This document shows positions 43,487 to 56,506 of a stretch of 64,000 bases of DNA, piece by piece (position 1 is the first letter of the stretch; each line of letters starts with the position of its first letter). Under the pieces are notes generated by a model that saw nothing but the letters and a program-made list of their open reading frames with translations, did no database searches and was not told where the DNA came from. The DNA comes from Dudresnaya verticillata (lineage: Eukaryota): positions 2,728,001 through 2,792,000 of the forward strand of contig OZ374559.1 of the NCBI GenBank assembly GCA_977862235.1, in the 5' to 3' direction. Position numbers and translations under genes: made by a program.

Positions 43487-45899
43487 GTTGGAGTTGCGGG
43501 TTGATTTGTAAACGGGATAGAAATGTAGCACAGAAGGTGTGTTGATGTGTTGAGGAGTTGTTCTGGAAGGGTGCGGGTGCAGATGGAAAGTATGCTGTGT
43601 GAATGTGTGTGTGAGTGAATAGAGTGTGCTTTGCTGCTGTGCAGAAGTACCGCAATGATTTAGGTGGTTTGAGTCTTTGGTGAGCCGCCCAGCACTTATA
43701 TAGCCTTAAGTAAACTTCATACAGCATCGCCACGATCTCGGCGCAACGACCTCGCAAACCTTGACTTCATACTTTGTGAGGCGCACTGTGACACAGCACG
43801 ATGGCATGTGGCTATTCTCGACTATAGTCTAGAACAAGAACAGCGCTGCAGTTCCAACGTAACGTAACAGCTGACGCACACAGCCGCAGAAAAGTTGTGA
43901 TGTACCTCGGGGAAGAAGCGTTGCGCGCCACTCGCTCTAGTAAAATGAGAGGGGGAACGAGCGCCCACCCGACGCCAACTGGCGGTGGTAGTTTAGGCAC
44001 AACACCAGCGGCCAACGAGTGCGGCGGAAGAGTGAAAGACTAGGAAACATCTCCGAGATATTCCAACAGGACGGTCCAAGTATGTACACGCAGTGATATG
44101 CGGTGATAGCCTTTGGCATTCGTAGCTGCAGTTCACAGCAGCTGAACCTTTTGTCTTGACACGTTACACAAATCTCGTAGCTTCAACTGCTACCGCACGT
44201 TCTCCGTCACCGCCGCCAGCAAGCGTTCTGCCGCCAATTCACTTGGACGCTGCAGGTAGAGTCAATAGCCATCATGCGATCATGCGCTATGTGCGGCCTT
44301 TCTAACCTCGAGGCTCCCTGCACTTGTTAGAACGCTGTGCCGTTTCAAAGCTATGACCACACATAAATCCGGAAAGAGGGAACAAATGGTGTAACAGTAA
44401 TAATATAACATTACCACAATCTCACTGCATTATATCTCTGCACATCTGAGCTGCTAAGGACGACCGCATATTCTTGTTGCCCGCCTCCAGGCCACCTGTT
44501 CGCTCCAGAATGTTGCATTCCCGTCACGCCTTGCTCCACTTGCACAGCCGCAGGTGGACCGGGGCCTTGGAACACTTGGCTCAGCCACCATCTCGTAGAA
44601 AGCGGAATGGCACATATGAGCACCTAAAGCACACACAGGCACACATTACCGCACAGTCAAAGCCTTATTGACGTTTCCGTAACCTTCAAAGCACTTCATA
44701 CAGTTTCAATGTATCCGACGACGTGAATCAAACCGACCTTTGTCAAAGTACTCGCTTTGTTATACTCTCACGGCTGCCTCCAACGAGGTTCGCAAGCTCG
44801 TGCAGCATAAAAACGAACTGATAAAAGCCCCTTCCGACTTTCTACACACTATCACAATATTCACACAGTATGCCCCTTCACGAACGTTGGCACCTTCGCG
44901 AAGTTGTATTGCAGCTGAAATGAGAAATGAGAAAGCTCACAGTGCAAGTTGTACAGCAGCAAACACCGCCACGGTATCAGGTGTGACTTGTGTGCTCGAA
45001 AGACTCGAGACTGCCCCACTCGCTTTCCGCACATCACACTCTCAGTACGGTGCTGTTTGATTTGAATACGATGCCATTTCACAGCCGTATAGTTTATGAA
45101 GAGTATTGAGCCCGTACCGGCCGAAGAAGGTAGACACGGTACATGGTATTGCTGCTCACTCGAACTCATACAATGCAAAATGGAGCAAACTGCTGCAATT
45201 GGACGCGTGCCAATGTATCATTGTGCCATCATAGTCACATTCTCTGAAACGGTGTTGCCTGCGCTCAGTATCCCAGAAAGATCTCAAATATCGGCAGATC
45301 TGACACGAGCGGGCACAGTAAAAGAGTAAAACATCACGACGCAGGCCAAACGAGAAAGAGGGGGAGGATGTAGGGAGGCGGAAGGAGAGGCGGCTGTAAC
45401 AAAAAAAGGAGACGTGAACGTTGTGCGCGATGCCGAGGTGAAACGTGAGGCAGGGAGCCTGTTGTTGGCGCAAGCACTTTCAATATTGTTTCATCCTGTG
45501 GCTACGATTATGAATGCCGACAATCATAGGCACAAGTGAGTCTTTCCGAGCGAACGGTAAAGGCGTTTGTTTGTAGTCGAATGCATTAGACCTAGATCCT
45601 GAGTTTCAGGGGCTTGCTACCATGTGCAAGCGTAACATTTGATCCTCTTCTATAAAAACCACAGAGCACGCCCAACCCGGGGTTGCAATCAGGATCAGAA
45701 ACCAACAGCAATCGACGCGAACAAGCAACTCTCCAACACAACAAATCGTCTCTACAATCGGCTAAAGAATCCGAGATCACCCACACATAACCAAGTCGTG
45801 CTAACCAGAAGTCAAGTCTGTGTTACACAAACCAACTGCTATACGCAATCCGTATACGCACAATCTGCCATTCGGGGTTCATCTACAGCAACCAACAAG

Positions 45900-46391
45900 A
45901 TGAAGAAATCCTTCCTCATCTCATCTATCCTGTGCACCATCATTGGCACCTGCACAGCTGTCAGTCTCAAGCCAATCTCCGAAGTTTCTCATGCTCTCAG
46001 TAACACGTGCTCAAGCGACACCATGATCCATTCTTCAGGATGTATGTGTCACATAATCTACAAGAACGGAAGGATGACGAAGGAGCTCCATTCGCTTTGT
46101 ATTCAAGTGTTTGGACGGTCTGCCTTTGTGTCGAATGCTTTCTGCGAACCATTTATGTCCAAGGGCGTGGTGCAATTGAAATCTCTTGTGCAGAGCTCGA
46201 TTTCTTGCGTCAACAGCGATCTAAAGGGCACCTTCCGACAGCTCGTACAGGTCACATCCTTGGACAAGAATATGGGAAGGATGGAACTGTTGGCCAAGGC
46301 GGTGCGGTTCCCTTGGATTCTGGTCTTGAAGATCTTGATAATCGCGATCAAGATTGCCATTCTGATTCTGGAAGAGACTGGAGGTCCTTAG
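45900..46391 (+). CDS. Gene A copy 5
   Basis: Same translation as copy 1. Confidence 0.85.
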   Translation: MKKSFLISSILCTIIGTCTAVSLKPISEVSHALSNTCSSDTMIHSSGCMCHIIYKNGRMTKELHSLCIQVFGRSAFVSNAFCEPFMSKGVVQLKSLVQSSISCVNSDLKGTFRQLVQVTSLDKNMGRMELLAKAVRFPWILVLKILIIAIKIAILILEETGGP

Positions 46392-48110
46392 TCTTGCTGC
46401 AGTAATACATAACATGAACATCCTTTGCTTGTGCCACTAATTGTATAAAGTAAGCAAAAATGCAGACGAATGTATAAAACGTTTTATGCTTTTCAAGCAC
46501 TTCATCCCTTTATCCCTTTATTCAAATCTTCCTACTCTCGAGGTTGTAATGCATCATTTTACAAACTTACATACAAAGTACCTCCATGTTTCCAGCAACA
46601 AATTCTCTTCTAAAGCATCAACCACACTTCTCCATTGATTCATCCTGCCTGCATGTCCATCTTACTAATAGGATATGTCACTACCAGCAAGACCAGATCC
46701 AGTGCGACGGTTTACTTTAGTGGCTGCTCCCTTTGTTTTTGATTTTCCTCTCCTGGTGGATTACGCTCACTACCAAAAAAACAACTATCGCTTCCGCTTT
46801 GACCTAGTAGTGAAGCTTAGTGATGGTAAACTTTTAATGGTTGTTTTAGGTGGTCCCGATCGGGCGGGGCGACTTGAAGGCCCATGTGCGGGTATTAGTG
46901 ACCTAAACTCATTTCAGGGCCCTACTCGGTTGTCCCGTCGACCTGCTCCTGGACGAGGCGAGTACACTCTAAACACTCTAAAGTTGAGTAAACATTTATA
47001 TTCACCTGCTCCTGGCGATTTCCACCCCATGCAGGCTCTCGAGCTGAACCAGGCCATCACTCTCTTCGTCTGTACGAAATTCCCTTCGAACTTCCCCCGA
47101 TGGTGATAGCCACATTGCGAGCCATTTTGTCGCCGCTTTGAACTATACGCGCATCAGGTTTTGCGAAGCTTGTACCCATTTATTGAGATTATGAAAGTCA
47201 CTTATCCCTTTTGACAGTGGAGGGAAACCGACTAGCGAACTTCATCGCTGCGGAGAACGGCATCTTCCCCACCCATTAAGAGACTCGCCTTATTTACGAG
47301 TCTGTTTCTACTGTTATTGGGAATAAACTGAGCCGTTGCTTTCGAGATTGCTTGTCAACATTCGTGGGCTTCTTGACGGTGCAGAGTTGAAAAGGTAAAG
47401 ATTTTCAGTGTCACAATGAGGTGTTCGAGGTACCGTAAGCATCCTCAAAAGAGATTCCTGTGGCTGGATCACTTCATTGCACACCTCTTGGTGCAGATAA
47501 TCAGGTGATTATACATGACGTCACTCTCCCGTCCACTGCAATAAACTCACATCTTCGATTCGGCCATCTCATTTAGAAGAGAGATGCCTTTAGAACCAAC
47601 CTTTATTTAGAAAGAGAGACTGTGGACTGGACAGGGGAGAGGGGTAAAGCACTAGAACGCATCAGACGGGATATGGGATAATTGCGACGACTAATGCTAA
47701 CTGAAACAAGTTAAGGGGGGCTTTCTATCCACTAACACTATTGTCAGTCCAGCGTAGAAGCACTTTGGTCGTGGCGTTGTATTCAGTGATCAAGACGTCT
47801 TGGAACTTGCTACGTTAAGTGAGGAGAATATTCTTGGGAGGCTGCTTCGCTGCTCATTCGGAATATCTCACAAACTATTAAGAATGGCATGTGGAGAAAT
47901 TCTGGGCGGTATTTGGCGCGAAACGCAACTTGCGAGTGCATTTTACCGCCCTCTGAGCGTTCCCGCCCGACCTATTTATCGTGTCTGCACTGAACTCCGA
48001 GTTGCGTACTGCTCCCACCTACAACCTTTCCACGCCGCGGCCCTGTGTAGAGCACATTGTCAATTCTTGCCTTGCCAAATCACCACCCCGTTCACGCTAC
48101 ACATTCAGAA

Positions 48111-48989
48111 ATGAAGGGCACTGACCCTCGGCACATGTCAGCCACGGCGACAAGAACTGCGAGGCGCCTCGAAGAAGTCAAACGAGAGCTTCGCAAATCA
48201 GGCTGGTGGGCGATTCTCAAACGCGACCTCCAGCATGCCAAGGCAGGAAGAAGGCCATACTCTCTCCAGTGTCTTGGAATCGGCTCGTTCGTCGCTGCTC
48301 AGAATTCGTTGGTTCAGTTTGCTTGTGCGTTGTTGGTCAAAGAAATGCTGGGACAACTTTCTGTTTGCACGATCACTGATCCGGTATTCAAACAGGACGA
48401 TATCCAAGTCGCGCAACGAGCAGGGTTCAATGTTGTTCCCGCTTGCTCCAACAGAATGAGGACCCCTCCGGCGGGAACTTGTGCTATTCTTTTTATGCCA
48501 TTCTGCCCTCTGCATCTTTGCAACGAGGTCCTTGAACAATGCAGGCGTTTCGGGTATGAAGGGATCGTGTTCTTATCCAATTCTTTTGCGGACTATGCAT
48601 CGGCACGTGCTGCCAGGGGAAAGAACCCACGTTCCGATATCATCGATGAGCTTTACGAACTGAACGCTCTAATAGAGCGCGAATGCCCAAACGTTAGGAT
48701 TCCAAGGAAACATGCGGCCCTTCAGGGTCTTTCTGTCCTCACGATATCTATCAACCCAGAGTCGAAAAGAGTAAGACGTACAAGAAGCAATGATAATCTT
48801 TTCCGCAGGCATGAATATCTTCAGCGGTCCAAAAGTCTCGAACCATCTTCGCGGAGAGCTCCTCCACGGCTGTTTCCATCCTGCCTTCGTCTTCCACACT
48901 TGCGAGGATCAGAAGTTGAGCTGATGAGGAGACTATACGTTTCTAAACACAAAAGGTCAAGAACGGAGGGGAGAGAGCCCAACCGTTAA
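48111..48989 (+). CDS. SRR1-domain protein, copy 5
   Basis: Same translation as copy 2. Confidence 0.8.
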   Translation: MKGTDPRHMSATATRTARRLEEVKRELRKSGWWAILKRDLQHAKAGRRPYSLQCLGIGSFVAAQNSLVQFACALLVKEMLGQLSVCTITDPVFKQDDIQVAQRAGFNVVPACSNRMRTPPAGTCAILFMPFCPLHLCNEVLEQCRRFGYEGIVFLSNSFADYASARAARGKNPRSDIIDELYELNALIERECPNVRIPRKHAALQGLSVLTISINPESKRVRRTRSNDNLFRRHEYLQRSKSLEPSSRRAPPRLFPSCLRLPHLRGSEVELMRRLYVSKHKRSRTEGREPNR

Positions 48990-49465
48990 CATTAACTGCC
49001 GCGCATTGAAGGGCTAAGGAAGTCAGATGAGAGTAACATTAAGCTTCCCGGAGGCTGGGGAGGTATCTTTTTCGACAGCAAGGTCGCAATGCGTTGAGGT
49101 TGAGGTCAAGGACAGGAAAACTCGGCCATACATATTGATGACCAGACATAGGAATAGAATTTCATGCCCAAGTTGCCAAGTCAAAAGGTATAAACAATGG
49201 CAGTGGACGTCCACAGGCGGCTTCGGGAAAGGCGGTTGACACAAACTAGTGGGCGGCTACATTAATGTGAATCTTCTGAGCAAAAAGGATGCTGCTCTCT
49301 CCCTCTCTCCCTTGGTTACTTTCTACGCACAAATCTCACCCGCTTCCTAAAGGTCTAACAAAAAAGAGTTGTTTTATCCAGCGACACACCTGTTTCTCTC
49401 TTTTTACATCACAGTCCCACCAGAAAACACAATATACAATAACAATGACACATCTGCCAACTCCA

Positions 49466-49996
49466 CTACAAGAACAATAGTATAATTTCGATCGCAATCT
49501 TCAAGATCTTCAGTACTAGCTTCCATGGGAACTTACGAACCACGCTCGCTTCCAGCTCCATTTTGTTCCCTGGTTCCAAGGCCGTAGACGTCGACTCGTG
49601 TTTAGATCCACGCGACAGTTGACGGAGTGATGCAGCGAGTTTGGTGCTGAGGCAGGTATTTGCACTCTTGACTAATGACATGTACTGGGTCATGCCACCG
49701 GTCATGAACGGCTCGCAGTACTTTTCCGAATAGAAAATGGACCGCCCGAATACTTCAGTGCACAATGAAGAAAGTTCTCGTGTCATCTTCCCCTTTGATT
49801 GTACAACGTAGCACATGCATCCTGCCGTCTGAAGAAGGTCGTCGTGTGAGCATGCGCCAGTTGTGGTGCGAGATCCATGGAGCTCTATTTTTTGAGGGAC
49901 GGCGTCGTGTGTGGAAACAATGGAGGCAGCTTTAGCTGACGTCTCGTAGACAGCGATGAGCAAGAAAATTGCGAAACAAGAGGTGGTGAACTTCAT
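49466..49996 (-). CDS. Gene B copy 5
   Basis: Same translation as copy 1. Confidence 0.85.
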   Translation of the reverse strand: MKFTTSCFAIFLLIAVYETSAKAASIVSTHDAVPQKIELHGSRTTTGACSHDDLLQTAGCMCYVVQSKGKMTRELSSLCTEVFGRSIFYSEKYCEPFMTGGMTQYMSLVKSANTCLSTKLAASLRQLSRGSKHESTSTALEPGNKMELEASVVRKFPWKLVLKILKIAIEIILLFL

Positions 49997-52409
49997 GTTG
50001 GAGTTGCGGGTTGATTTGTAAACGGGATAGAAATGTAGCACAGAAGGTGTGTTGATGTGTTGAGGAGTTGTTCTGGAAGGGTGCGGGTGCAGATGGAAAG
50101 TATGCTGTGTGAATGTGTGTGTGAGTGAATAGAGTGTGCTTTGCTGCTGTGCAGAAGTACCGCAATGATTTAGGTGGTTTGAGTCTTTGGTGAGCCGCCC
50201 AGCACTTATATAGCCTTAAGTAAACTTCATACAGCATCGCCACGATCTCGGCGCAACGACCTCGCAAACCTTGACTTCATACTTTGTGAGGCGCACTGTG
50301 ACACAGCACGATGGCATGTGGCTATTCTCGACTATAGTCTAGAACAAGAACAGCGCTGCAGTTCCAACGTAACGTAACAGCTGACGCACACAGCCGCAGA
50401 AAAGTTGTGATGTACCTCGGGGAAGAAGCGTTGCGCGCCACTCGCTCTAGTAAAATGAGAGGGGGAACGAGCGCCCACCCGACGCCAACTGGCGGTGGTA
50501 GTTTAGGCACAACACCAGCGGCCAACGAGTGCGGCGGAAGAGTGAAAGACTAGGAAACATCTCCGAGATATTCCAACAGGACGGTCCAAGTATGTACACG
50601 CAGTGATATGCGGTGATAGCCTTTGGCATTCGTAGCTGCAGTTCACAGCAGCTGAACCTTTTGTCTTGACACGTTACACAAATCTCGTAGCTTCAACTGC
50701 TACCGCACGTTCTCCGTCACCGCCGCCAGCAAGCGTTCTGCCGCCAATTCACTTGGACGCTGCAGGTAGAGTCAATAGCCATCATGCGATCATGCGCTAT
50801 GTGCGGCCTTTCTAACCTCGAGGCTCCCTGCACTTGTTAGAACGCTGTGCCGTTTCAAAGCTATGACCACACATAAATCCGGAAAGAGGGAACAAATGGT
50901 GTAACAGTAATAATATAACATTACCACAATCTCACTGCATTATATCTCTGCACATCTGAGCTGCTAAGGACGACCGCATATTCTTGTTGCCCGCCTCCAG
51001 GCCACCTGTTCGCTCCAGAATGTTGCATTCCCGTCACGCCTTGCTCCACTTGCACAGCCGCAGGTGGACCGGGGCCTTGGAACACTTGGCTCAGCCACCA
51101 TCTCGTAGAAAGCGGAATGGCACATATGAGCACCTAAAGCACACACAGGCACACATTACCGCACAGTCAAAGCCTTATTGACGTTTCCGTAACCTTCAAA
51201 GCACTTCATACAGTTTCAATGTATCCGACGACGTGAATCAAACCGACCTTTGTCAAAGTACTCGCTTTGTTATACTCTCACGGCTGCCTCCAACGAGGTT
51301 CGCAAGCTCGTGCAGCATAAAAACGAACTGATAAAAGCCCCTTCCGACTTTCTACACACTATCACAATATTCACACAGTATGCCCCTTCACGAACGTTGG
51401 CACCTTCGCGAAGTTGTATTGCAGCTGAAATGAGAAATGAGAAAGCTCACAGTGCAAGTTGTACAGCAGCAAACACCGCCACGGTATCAGGTGTGACTTG
51501 TGTGCTCGAAAGACTCGAGACTGCCCCACTCGCTTTCCGCACATCACACTCTCAGTACGGTGCTGTTTGATTTGAATACGATGCCATTTCACAGCCGTAT
51601 AGTTTATGAAGAGTATTGAGCCCGTACCGGCCGAAGAAGGTAGACACGGTACATGGTATTGCTGCTCACTCGAACTCATACAATGCAAAATGGAGCAAAC
51701 TGCTGCAATTGGACGCGTGCCAATGTATCATTGTGCCATCATAGTCACATTCTCTGAAACGGTGTTGCCTGCGCTCAGTATCCCAGAAAGATCTCAAATA
51801 TCGGCAGATCTGACACGAGCGGGCACAGTAAAAGAGTAAAACATCACGACGCAGGCCAAACGAGAAAGAGGGGGAGGATGTAGGGAGGCGGAAGGAGAGG
51901 CGGCTGTAACAAAAAAAGGAGACGTGAACGTTGTGCGCGATGCCGAGGTGAAACGTGAGGCAGGGAGCCTGTTGTTGGCGCAAGCACTTTCAATATTGTT
52001 TCATCCTGTGGCTACGATTATGAATGCCGACAATCATAGGCACAAGTGAGTCTTTCCGAGCGAACGGTAAAGGCGTTTGTTTGTAGTCGAATGCATTAGA
52101 CCTAGATCCTGAGTTTCAGGGGCTTGCTACCATGTGCAAGCGTAACATTTGATCCTCTTCTATAAAAACCACAGAGCACGCCCAACCCGGGGTTGCAATC
52201 AGGATCAGAAACCAACAGCAATCGACGCGAACAAGCAACTCTCCAACACAACAAATCGTCTCTACAATCGGCTAAAGAATCCGAGATCACCCACACATAA
52301 CCAAGTCGTGCTAACCAGAAGTCAAGTCTGTGTTACACAAACCAACTGCTATACGCAATCCGTATACGCACAATCTGCCATTCGGGGTTCATCTACAGCA
52401 ACCAACAAG

Positions 52410-52901
52410 ATGAAGAAATCCTTCCTCATCTCATCTATCCTGTGCACCATCATTGGCACCTGCACAGCTGTCAGTCTCAAGCCAATCTCCGAAGTTTCTC
52501 ATGCTCTCAGTAACACGTGCTCAAGCGACACCATGATCCATTCTTCAGGATGTATGTGTCACATAATCTACAAGAACGGAAGGATGACGAAGGAGCTCCA
52601 TTCGCTTTGTATTCAAGTGTTTGGACGGTCTGCCTTTGTGTCGAATGCTTTCTGCGAACCATTTATGTCCAAGGGCGTGGTGCAATTGAAATCTCTTGTG
52701 CAGAGCTCGATTTCTTGCGTCAACAGCGATCTAAAGGGCACCTTCCGACAGCTCGTACAGGTCACATCCTTGGACAAGAATATGGGAAGGATGGAACTGT
52801 TGGCCAAGGCGGTGCGGTTCCCTTGGATTCTGGTCTTGAAGATCTTGATAATCGCGATCAAGATTGCCATTCTGATTCTGGAAGAGACTGGAGGTCCTTA
52901 G
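52410..52901 (+). CDS. Gene A copy 6
   Basis: Same translation as copy 1. Confidence 0.85.
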   Translation: MKKSFLISSILCTIIGTCTAVSLKPISEVSHALSNTCSSDTMIHSSGCMCHIIYKNGRMTKELHSLCIQVFGRSAFVSNAFCEPFMSKGVVQLKSLVQSSISCVNSDLKGTFRQLVQVTSLDKNMGRMELLAKAVRFPWILVLKILIIAIKIAILILEETGGP

Positions 52902-54620
52902 TCTTGCTGCAGTAATACATAACATGAACATCCTTTGCTTGTGCCACTAATTGTATAAAGTAAGCAAAAATGCAGACGAATGTATAAAACGTTTTATGCT
53001 TTTCAAGCACTTCATCCCTTTATCCCTTTATTCAAATCTTCCTACTCTCGAGGTTGTAATGCATCATTTTACAAACTTACATACAAAGTACCTCCATGTT
53101 TCCAGCAACAAATTCTCTTCTAAAGCATCAACCACACTTCTCCATTGATTCATCCTGCCTGCATGTCCATCTTACTAATAGGATATGTCACTACCAGCAA
53201 GACCAGATCCAGTGCGACGGTTTACTTTAGTGGCTGCTCCCTTTGTTTTTGATTTTCCTCTCCTGGTGGATTACGCTCACTACCAAAAAAACAACTATCG
53301 CTTCCGCTTTGACCTAGTAGTGAAGCTTAGTGATGGTAAACTTTTAATGGTTGTTTTAGGTGGTCCCGATCGGGCGGGGCGACTTGAAGGCCCATGTGCG
53401 GGTATTAGTGACCTAAACTCATTTCAGGGCCCTACTCGGTTGTCCCGTCGACCTGCTCCTGGACGAGGCGAGTACACTCTAAACACTCTAAAGTTGAGTA
53501 AACATTTATATTCACCTGCTCCTGGCGATTTCCACCCCATGCAGGCTCTCGAGCTGAACCAGGCCATCACTCTCTTCGTCTGTACGAAATTCCCTTCGAA
53601 CTTCCCCCGATGGTGATAGCCACATTGCGAGCCATTTTGTCGCCGCTTTGAACTATACGCGCATCAGGTTTTGCGAAGCTTGTACCCATTTATTGAGATT
53701 ATGAAAGTCACTTATCCCTTTTGACAGTGGAGGGAAACCGACTAGCGAACTTCATCGCTGCGGAGAACGGCATCTTCCCCACCCATTAAGAGACTCGCCT
53801 TATTTACGAGTCTGTTTCTACTGTTATTGGGAATAAACTGAGCCGTTGCTTTCGAGATTGCTTGTCAACATTCGTGGGCTTCTTGACGGTGCAGAGTTGA
53901 AAAGGTAAAGATTTTCAGTGTCACAATGAGGTGTTCGAGGTACCGTAAGCATCCTCAAAAGAGATTCCTGTGGCTGGATCACTTCATTGCACACCTCTTG
54001 GTGCAGATAATCAGGTGATTATACATGACGTCACTCTCCCGTCCACTGCAATAAACTCACATCTTCGATTCGGCCATCTCATTTAGAAGAGAGATGCCTT
54101 TAGAACCAACCTTTATTTAGAAAGAGAGACTGTGGACTGGACAGGGGAGAGGGGTAAAGCACTAGAACGCATCAGACGGGATATGGGATAATTGCGACGA
54201 CTAATGCTAACTGAAACAAGTTAAGGGGGGCTTTCTATCCACTAACACTATTGTCAGTCCAGCGTAGAAGCACTTTGGTCGTGGCGTTGTATTCAGTGAT
54301 CAAGACGTCTTGGAACTTGCTACGTTAAGTGAGGAGAATATTCTTGGGAGGCTGCTTCGCTGCTCATTCGGAATATCTCACAAACTATTAAGAATGGCAT
54401 GTGGAGAAATTCTGGGCGGTATTTGGCGCGAAACGCAACTTGCGAGTGCATTTTACCGCCCTCTGAGCGTTCCCGCCCGACCTATTTATCGTGTCTGCAC
54501 TGAACTCCGAGTTGCGTACTGCTCCCACCTACAACCTTTCCACGCCGCGGCCCTGTGTAGAGCACATTGTCAATTCTTGCCTTGCCAAATCACCACCCCG
54601 TTCACGCTACACATTCAGAA

Positions 54621-55499
54621 ATGAAGGGCACTGACCCTCGGCACATGTCAGCCACGGCGACAAGAACTGCGAGGCGCCTCGAAGAAGTCAAACGAGAGCT
54701 TCGCAAATCAGGCTGGTGGGCGATTCTCAAACGCGACCTCCAGCATGCCAAGGCAGGAAGAAGGCCATACTCTCTCCAGTGTCTTGGAATCGGCTCGTTC
54801 GTCGCTGCTCAGAATTCGTTGGTTCAGTTTGCTTGTGCGTTGTTGGTCAAAGAAATGCTGGGACAACTTTCTGTTTGCACGATCACTGATCCGGTATTCA
54901 AACAGGACGATATCCAAGTCGCGCAACGAGCAGGGTTCAATGTTGTTCCCGCTTGCTCCAACAGAATGAGGACCCCTCCGGCGGGAACTTGTGCTATTCT
55001 TTTTATGCCATTCTGCCCTCTGCATCTTTGCAACGAGGTCCTTGAACAATGCAGGCGTTTCGGGTATGAAGGGATCGTGTTCTTATCCAATTCTTTTGCG
55101 GACTATGCATCGGCACGTGCTGCCAGGGGAAAGAACCCACGTTCCGATATCATCGATGAGCTTTACGAACTGAACGCTCTAATAGAGCGCGAATGCCCAA
55201 ACGTTAGGATTCCAAGGAAACATGCGGCCCTTCAGGGTCTTTCTGTCCTCACGATATCTATCAACCCAGAGTCGAAAAGAGTAAGACGTACAAGAAGCAA
55301 TGATAATCTTTTCCGCAGGCATGAATATCTTCAGCGGTCCAAAAGTCTCGAACCATCTTCGCGGAGAGCTCCTCCACGGCTGTTTCCATCCTGCCTTCGT
55401 CTTCCACACTTGCGAGGATCAGAAGTTGAGCTGATGAGGAGACTATACGTTTCTAAACACAAAAGGTCAAGAACGGAGGGGAGAGAGCCCAACCGTTAA
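54621..55499 (+). CDS. SRR1-domain protein, copy 6
   Basis: Same translation as copy 2. Confidence 0.8.
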   Translation: MKGTDPRHMSATATRTARRLEEVKRELRKSGWWAILKRDLQHAKAGRRPYSLQCLGIGSFVAAQNSLVQFACALLVKEMLGQLSVCTITDPVFKQDDIQVAQRAGFNVVPACSNRMRTPPAGTCAILFMPFCPLHLCNEVLEQCRRFGYEGIVFLSNSFADYASARAARGKNPRSDIIDELYELNALIERECPNVRIPRKHAALQGLSVLTISINPESKRVRRTRSNDNLFRRHEYLQRSKSLEPSSRRAPPRLFPSCLRLPHLRGSEVELMRRLYVSKHKRSRTEGREPNR

Positions 55500-55975
55500 C
55501 ATTAACTGCCGCGCATTGAAGGGCTAAGGAAGTCAGATGAGAGTAACATTAAGCTTCCCGGAGGCTGGGGAGGTATCTTTTTCGACAGCAAGGTCGCAAT
55601 GCGTTGAGGTTGAGGTCAAGGACAGGAAAACTCGGCCATACATATTGATGACCAGACATAGGAATAGAATTTCATGCCCAAGTTGCCAAGTCAAAAGGTA
55701 TAAACAATGGCAGTGGACGTCCACAGGCGGCTTCGGGAAAGGCGGTTGACACAAACTAGTGGGCGGCTACATTAATGTGAATCTTCTGAGCAAAAAGGAT
55801 GCTGCTCTCTCCCTCTCTCCCTTGGTTACTTTCTACGCACAAATCTCACCCGCTTCCTAAAGGTCTAACAAAAAAGAGTTGTTTTATCCAGCGACACACC
55901 TGTTTCTCTCTTTTTACATCACAGTCCCACCAGAAAACACAATATACAATAACAATGACACATCTGCCAACTCCA

Positions 55976-56506
55976 CTACAAGAACAATAGTATAATTTCG
56001 ATCGCAATCTTCAAGATCTTCAGTACTAGCTTCCATGGGAACTTACGAACCACGCTCGCTTCCAGCTCCATTTTGTTCCCTGGTTCCAAGGCCGTAGACG
56101 TCGACTCGTGTTTAGATCCACGCGACAGTTGACGGAGTGATGCAGCGAGTTTGGTGCTGAGGCAGGTATTTGCACTCTTGACTAATGACATGTACTGGGT
56201 CATGCCACCGGTCATGAACGGCTCGCAGTACTTTTCCGAATAGAAAATGGACCGCCCGAATACTTCAGTGCACAATGAAGAAAGTTCTCGTGTCATCTTC
56301 CCCTTTGATTGTACAACGTAGCACATGCATCCTGCCGTCTGAAGAAGGTCGTCGTGTGAGCATGCGCCAGTTGTGGTGCGAGATCCATGGAGCTCTATTT
56401 TTTGAGGGACGGCGTCGTGTGTGGAAACAATGGAGGCAGCTTTAGCTGACGTCTCGTAGACAGCGATGAGCAAGAAAATTGCGAAACAAGAGGTGGTGAA
56501 CTTCAT
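55976..56506 (-). CDS. Gene B copy 6
   Basis: Same translation as copy 1. Confidence 0.85.
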   Translation of the reverse strand: MKFTTSCFAIFLLIAVYETSAKAASIVSTHDAVPQKIELHGSRTTTGACSHDDLLQTAGCMCYVVQSKGKMTRELSSLCTEVFGRSIFYSEKYCEPFMTGGMTQYMSLVKSANTCLSTKLAASLRQLSRGSKHESTSTALEPGNKMELEASVVRKFPWKLVLKILKIAIEIILLFL